Shown: piece by piece, positions 58,110 to 64,000 of the stretch | Layout: every line of letters starts with the position of its first letter | Numbering within the stretch: the stretch's first letter is position 1 | Assembly: GCA_003159795.1 (NCBI GenBank) | Contig: PLPK01000076.1 | Span: 19,331-83,330 of the forward strand | Reading direction: 5' to 3' | From: Acidimicrobiaceae bacterium | GTDB taxonomy: Bacteria > Actinomycetota > Acidimicrobiia > Acidimicrobiales > Bog-793 | DNA length: 64,000 nucleotides | The notes under the pieces: generated by a model | The model's input: only the letters and a program-made list of their open reading frames with translations | The model's database searches: none | What the model was told of the DNA's origin: nothing | Made by a program: the position numbers and the translations under genes

Positions 58110-59464
58110 CACTTCTCCCTCCGTGGATCGTACGTGTGCACCGGCGTCGCCTCGAGACGGCTCCACAACCGCCCGGCCACATGGACCTCGTCGGCGGCGA
58201 CGGCGGCCTCGTCGACACGGGTCGACCGACCGTCCTCGACGACGAGCTCGCCGGCCACGTAGACGTCACGCACCCGTCCCGGCGCCAGTCCGAAGACCCA
58301 GTGCCCCGCAAGGTTCTCGGCACTGATGGGTGTCGGCGGGTCGTAGGAAAGAACGCAGAGATCGGCCGGTGCGCCGGGCCGCAGTGTGCCGAGCAGCGGC
58401 TCGCCGAAGCGCTCACCGGCGACGCGCGCCCCCTCGGCCAGCCGGGCGAGCGGCCAATCCGGTGGCGTGGCGAGGTCCGACTCCCTGGCGCGGAAGAACC
58501 CGGCCTGGGCCTCGGCCACCATGTCGCCGCCGATGCCGTCGGTCCCCAGCGCGACCTTCCCCGGGCGCCGGTTGAACGGCGAGTGGCCGACACCGTTGTT
58601 CATGTTCGAGCGCGGATTGCACACGACGGTCGCGCCCGTCTCCTCGATGAGGCGCGCCTCGTCGTCGTCGACGTGCACGCAGTGCGCGAGCAACGCGCGC
58701 TCGTTCAGCACACCCGCCTCGGCGAGCCGCCTCGCCACCCGACGGCCGGCGCGCCGCAGGCTGTCGCGCTCGTCGACCGCGCCCTCGGCCACGTGGATGT
58801 GCACGCCGACCCCGGCGTCGGAGGCCACCTCGGCGCAGCCCTCGAGGGTCTCGTCGGACAACGTGAAAGAGGCGTGCGCCCCCACCATGCCCCGCGCCAG
58901 GTCGCGGAACTCCCGCAGGAAGCGCCGGTTCTCCTCGATCCCGGCCGCCGCGCGTACCGGGCCGTCCCGGTCGGAGACCTCGTAGCAGAGCACCGAGCGG
59001 ACGCCCAGCTCCCCCAGGGCTCCGGCGATCACGTCGAGCGAGCCGTCGATGAAGTTCGGTGAGGCGTGGTGGTCGATGATCGTCGTCGTGCCGGCGAGCA
59101 GCGCGTCGAGCCCGCCCCGCACCGCTGAGGCGCGCACCGACTCCTCGTCGAGCGCGCGGTCGAGCCGCCACCAGATCCGCTGGAGGATCTCCGTGAAGTC
59201 GGTCGGCGGCAAAAGCGCATAGGGCATCCCCCGGGAAAGCGCCGAGTACAGGTGGTGGTGGGCACAGACGTTGCCCGGCACGATCAGCGTGCCGGAGCAA
59301 TCCCGGGTCACGGGGCCCCGCTCCCCCGCCCCGAGCGAACGCACGCGCCCGTCGGCGATGACCAGGTCAGCTCGGATGACCTCGGGCGGCGACAGGGTCA
59401 CGACGACCGTCGCGTCGCACAGGGCGACCGGCGGGGCGGCGCCGGCGCGGTCCGGCCGGGTCAT
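58109..59464 (-). CDS. ssnA: SsnA-type amidohydrolase
   Basis: [58 protein letters not shown] and [11 protein letters not shown]. By recollection these are near-identical in pattern to E. coli SsnA. Confidence 0.85.
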   Translation of the reverse strand: MTRPDRAGAAPPVALCDATVVVTLSPPEVIRADLVIADGRVRSLGAGERGPVTRDCSGTLIVPGNVCAHHHLYSALSRGMPYALLPPTDFTEILQRIWWRLDRALDEESVRASAVRGGLDALLAGTTTIIDHHASPNFIDGSLDVIAGALGELGVRSVLCYEVSDRDGPVRAAAGIEENRRFLREFRDLARGMVGAHASFTLSDETLEGCAEVASDAGVGVHIHVAEGAVDERDSLRRAGRRVARRLAEAGVLNERALLAHCVHVDDDEARLIEETGATVVCNPRSNMNNGVGHSPFNRRPGKVALGTDGIGGDMVAEAQAGFFRARESDLATPPDWPLARLAEGARVAGERFGEPLLGTLRPGAPADLCVLSYDPPTPISAENLAGHWVFGLAPGRVRDVYVAGELVVEDGRSTRVDEAAVAADEVHVAGRLWSRLEATPVHTYDPRREK

Positions 59465-60812
59465 CGCCCGCGTTCGATCCCCGTGAACAGCAGCACCACC
59501 CGTTCGGTGGGTGCTACCGCGCCCACTGCTATCAGTTCGGCGAGCCCGGCGAGCCCGGCCGAACCGGTGGCACTGACGGCGTAACCGGCCTCCTGGCCGA
59601 GCTCGTGCGCCCTGACGAGACGCGCCTCGTCGACGACGACGGGCTCACCGCCCGTCTCGAGCATGGCCCGCACGACCGCCAGCCAGTCGTACGTCTCGTC
59701 GTCGAGGATCCCCTCGGCGACGCTTCGCGGCTCGGTTTCCCAGGGCCACATGAACATGGAGCGCCGCTTGGCGGCCGACGCGAGGACCCGGGCGAGCTCG
59801 GCGGCGTCCGACGGGTCGACGAGCTCCCCGCGCACCCGGCGCCAGGCGCGCTCGAGCGGGTGGGCGGCGGCCGTCTGCACGGTGTGGATCCGCGGCAGGC
59901 CTCCGAGCTCACCGATGGCGTGCGCCTCGCCGAGCGCCTGCGCACAGCTGCTCGCGAGCGCTCCGCCACCCACCTGGACGACGAGGTGGTCGAGCGTGAG
60001 CCCCTCCCCCGCCAGCTGCGACACGAGCTCGTAACCGAGGGTCTCGCCCCCCTCGATCGCCAGGCCGTTCAGGTTCCCCTGGCAGGTGAAGGCGAGGGCG
60101 CCCTCGTCGAGCTCGGCGAGCAGGCGCAGGTAGGTCGGGTCGCCGCTGGCGCCGTTGCGGCGTTCGCACACCACGATCTCGGCGCCGAGCTCGACTAGCC
60201 GCCGGACGATGCCGTCGTCGGCGCCGACGGGCACGAAGACCCGCAACGGCCAGCCGACCGCCGCCGCGACGACACCGGCCGCGAGCGCGGCGTTCCCACA
60301 GCTCGCGACGGCGAGTGTCGGGCGCTCGCCGCGAGGGGCGAGTCCGAGCGCCCCGGCCACCTCGAGATGCAGGGCCACGCCCATCAGATGGCGCGACTTG
60401 TGCGAGCCGGCGACGTTGCCGGTCTCGTCCTTCACCCACACGCCTCCCGGCTCAGAAAAGCCGAGGGCGCCCGAAAGGACGTCGCTGCGCTCGAGCGGCG
60501 TCACCGAGAACCCGTGGCCGTCGACCCGGGCGACCGCCGAGTCGAGCCGGCGCACCAGCTCGACGAAGGCCGCGTCACTCATCCCACCGGCAAGCGCGCG
60601 GTGGTAGCTGTGCAGGAACCCCCGGTAAGCGACGAAGGAGCAGGGATCGGCCGCCCCCGCCCCCGGGAAGCGCAGCCCGTCGGGCGGAAGGACGCGGCTG
60701 AGCACGTGGTCGACATCCCCGTCCCGGTGACGCGGGCAGCGGAATGGGTAGGGGTCGCGAGGCCCGGGCGAGGAAGCGCAGCCGGCGCAGACGAGCCTGC
60801 TCGCCGGGGTGT

Positions 60813-60816
<4 letters not shown>
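59461..60816 (-). CDS. Fold-type II PLP-dependent enzyme with an N-terminal Cys/His-rich segment
   Basis: [21 protein letters not shown] (PLP-lysine region), [13 protein letters not shown] and [12 protein letters not shown]. The N-terminus carries CAGC...CPRH. 4-nt overlaps with both neighbouring genes. Confidence 0.7.
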
Positions 60817-62309
<1,493 letters not shown>

Positions 62310-62533
62310 CTTCCTCCTCCGTGTCGCTTCCTCGCGACGATCCCCTCGTCGCTACCAGCCGCACCTGAGGTCCCCGAGCCTCCTTCGACCGCTCCGTGCA
62401 CCTGTCTTATCCGACAATCTTGGCCGGGCATCGCGCCCGGCCCTTCCCTCACCACGGGACGGCTCACCCGCCCGGGCTCCTACCCGCCTGCGCACCCTGG
62501 TGACCACACGGGTCCCCCGGCGCGCCCGACAGG

Positions 62534-62568
62534 GCGGTGGCCCCCGCGCGGCGCGCGGGGGCCACCGC
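62534..62568 (-). terminator. Strong hairpin immediately downstream of the NCS1 permease gene
   Basis: GCGGTGGCCCCCGCGC / GCGCGGGGGCCACCGC, a 16-bp perfect stem with a 3-nt loop, 7 nt from the permease stop codon. Confidence 0.55.
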
Positions 62569-62575
62569 TATCTGC

Positions 62576-64000
62576 CTAGGAGGAGTGCTTTGCGACCTCC
62601 TTTGGAACCGAACGGAACGACAGCACCAAGTAGACGACCGCGCTGACGATCATTCCGAAGGCCCAGCTGAAGTCGGCACCGTGGGTCCAGTTCGACAACG
62701 GCGAAGAGTACGAGGGCGTGTAGAACGCCGCGTCGATCCACATCATCGCCGCGAACATTCCAGCTCCCAGCGATACCAGCGCCTTCCAGTTGAAGCCGCC
62801 GTTGCGCCAGTACAAACCACCGTGCTTGGCGGCCAGTGAAGCGAACTCGTAACGGCCGCGCCGGAGCCAGTAGTCGACGATGTAGACGCCGAACCACGCA
62901 CCGAGCCAGACGACGATGTAGTCGAGGAACCCGGCAAGGTCCGTGTAGAAGTTCCCCTTGAAGATCACGAGGGCCGTCACGCCACCGGAGATGATGGTGT
63001 CGATGACGACGCAGACCCACCGCTTGGCCGGGAGGCCGAGCGCCTGGAGGGTGACCCCCGAGGAGTACATGTCGAGCGTGTTGATCGCGAACAGCTGCGG
63101 CAGCGCCAGGATCAGGAACGGCCAGAAGAACCAGCTGGCGAACGCCGTCGGAAGAGCGGCGGCGGCACCGGGGCCGTAGATGTTGCTCTGGAGCGACGTG
63201 CTGACGAGGTAGGCGCAGGCGCCGAGGAGCTCGAGCAGGATCGACGGGATGGCCCCGCCGAGCGTCGCGGCCCAGAACGTCTTCGCCGGGGGGGTGTCAG
63301 CCGGCAGGTAGCGGGAGTAGTCCGCCGCGTTCTCGGTCCAGCCGAGACCCCCTGCCGAGACGATGAGCACGAGCCCGGTGGTCCACAGCCACCACGAGTC
63401 CGTGCCGTGCGCGTGCAGGTCGGACAGGTGAACGTGGGGAAGGACCAGGCACGCCATGATGGCGAAGACCACGACGAACACGTAGGACAGGTAGTGCAGG
63501 ACCTTCGTGATCGTCGCGTGCCCGAGGAACGGCACGACGAACTGGATGAGGACGGCGATGATGATCGCGATCGTCTTGCCGGTGTCGTTGAGGTGGATCC
63601 CCTCGTGGCTGAACATCGCCACGACGACCAAGACCGCGATCACGAGACCTTCGACCTCGAAGCCGACCTGGGTGATCCAGTTGAACAACGACGGTGCGCG
63701 GTTCCCGTTTCGCCCGAAGGGCGCGCGGCTCACCATGAAAGTCGTCGTTCCCGACTTCGGCCCGGCAAGGCTCGCCGCGCCGAGGAAGACGTAGACGACG
63801 TTCCCGAGGAGGATCGCGAAGACGGCCTGCCAGAACGTCAGCCCGAAGGCGACGATCAGGGCGCCGTAGACGAGGAACTCGACGTTCCAGATCCCGCCGG
63901 CCCACATCCAGAACAGGCCCGCTGGGCGCATTTTCCGGTCGGCGTCGGCGACGTGCTCAATGCCCCGCTGCTCGAGTTTGAAGGCGCTATACCCCTCAGC
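62576..64000 (-). CDS. NCS1 (purine-cytosine/hydantoin/allantoin-type) permease, 5' end outside the window
   Basis: Polytopic with a CodB/NCS1-like pattern (FWMWAGGIWNVEFLVYG, FGRNGNR, NWITQVGFEVEG). The reading frame stays open upstream of Met 63931 (LEQRGIEHVADADRK...) to the window edge. Confidence 0.85.
   Translation of the reverse strand, partial: AEGYSAFKLEQRGIEHVADADRKMRPAGLFWMWAGGIWNVEFLVYGALIVAFGLTFWQAVFAILLGNVVYVFLGAASLAGPKSGTTTFMVSRAPFGRNGNRAPSLFNWITQVGFEVEGLVIAVLVVVAMFSHEGIHLNDTGKTIAIIIAVLIQFVVPFLGHATITKVLHYLSYVFVVVFAIMACLVLPHVHLSDLHAHGTDSWWLWTTGLVLIVSAGGLGWTENAADYSRYLPADTPPAKTFWAATLGGAIPSILLELLGACAYLVSTSLQSNIYGPGAAAALPTAFASWFFWPFLILALPQLFAINTLDMYSSGVTLQALGLPAKRWVCVVIDTIISGGVTALVIFKGNFYTDLAGFLDYIVVWLGAWFGVYIVDYWLRRGRYEFASLAAKHGGLYWRNGGFNWKALVSLGAGMFAAMMWIDAAFYTPSYSSPLSNWTHGADFSWAFGMIVSAVVYLVLSFRSVPKEVAKHSS

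Overview
High-GC window, almost certainly from an actinobacterium: it has a WhiB-family regulator next to a PdtaS-like kinase, a DUF3107 gene and an LLM oxidoreductase. About 55 genes are supported. Positions 1-30 kb and 33-45 kb are mostly housekeeping or conserved core genes: metH, a FolP2-type paralog, holA, an IMPase, the H+-pyrophosphatase hppA, an MBOAT/SGNH pair, whiB, a pdtaS-like kinase, NfeD/SPFH, a dGTPase, mrp, a SufR-like regulator with a cysteine desulfurase, gmd, cspA, cysS, valS, an ABC-2 exporter and alkA. Two segments with visibly lower GC interrupt this core. The first (18.4-21.5 kb) holds a long gene-poor leader, a CPA2 antiporter, a LiaF-like protein and a MarR regulator. 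The second (30.3-33.4 kb) holds a small ORF, a secreted beta-sandwich protein cut by an in-frame TAG, and a frameshifted GT2. An orphan ArdC-like gene lies at 46 kb. The most interesting region is 47.1-64.0 kb. It is a compact catabolic supercluster containing an NCS1 permease, two fold-type-II PLP enzymes, an SsnA-type amidohydrolase, an LLM oxidoreductase, a YgeW-type and two ATCase-like carbamoyltransferases, and a carbamate kinase. It also contains XdhC, a three-subunit molybdenum hydroxylase and moaE. This is a rearranged actinobacterial counterpart of the poorly understood E. coli ygeW/yqeA/ssnA/xdhD purine-degradation locus, with different accessory enzymes. No rRNA, tRNA, CRISPR array or transposase/integrase was found. 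All calls come from reading the ORF translations and the DNA by eye. Re-assigned start codons and hairpin coordinates may be off by a few nucleotides.
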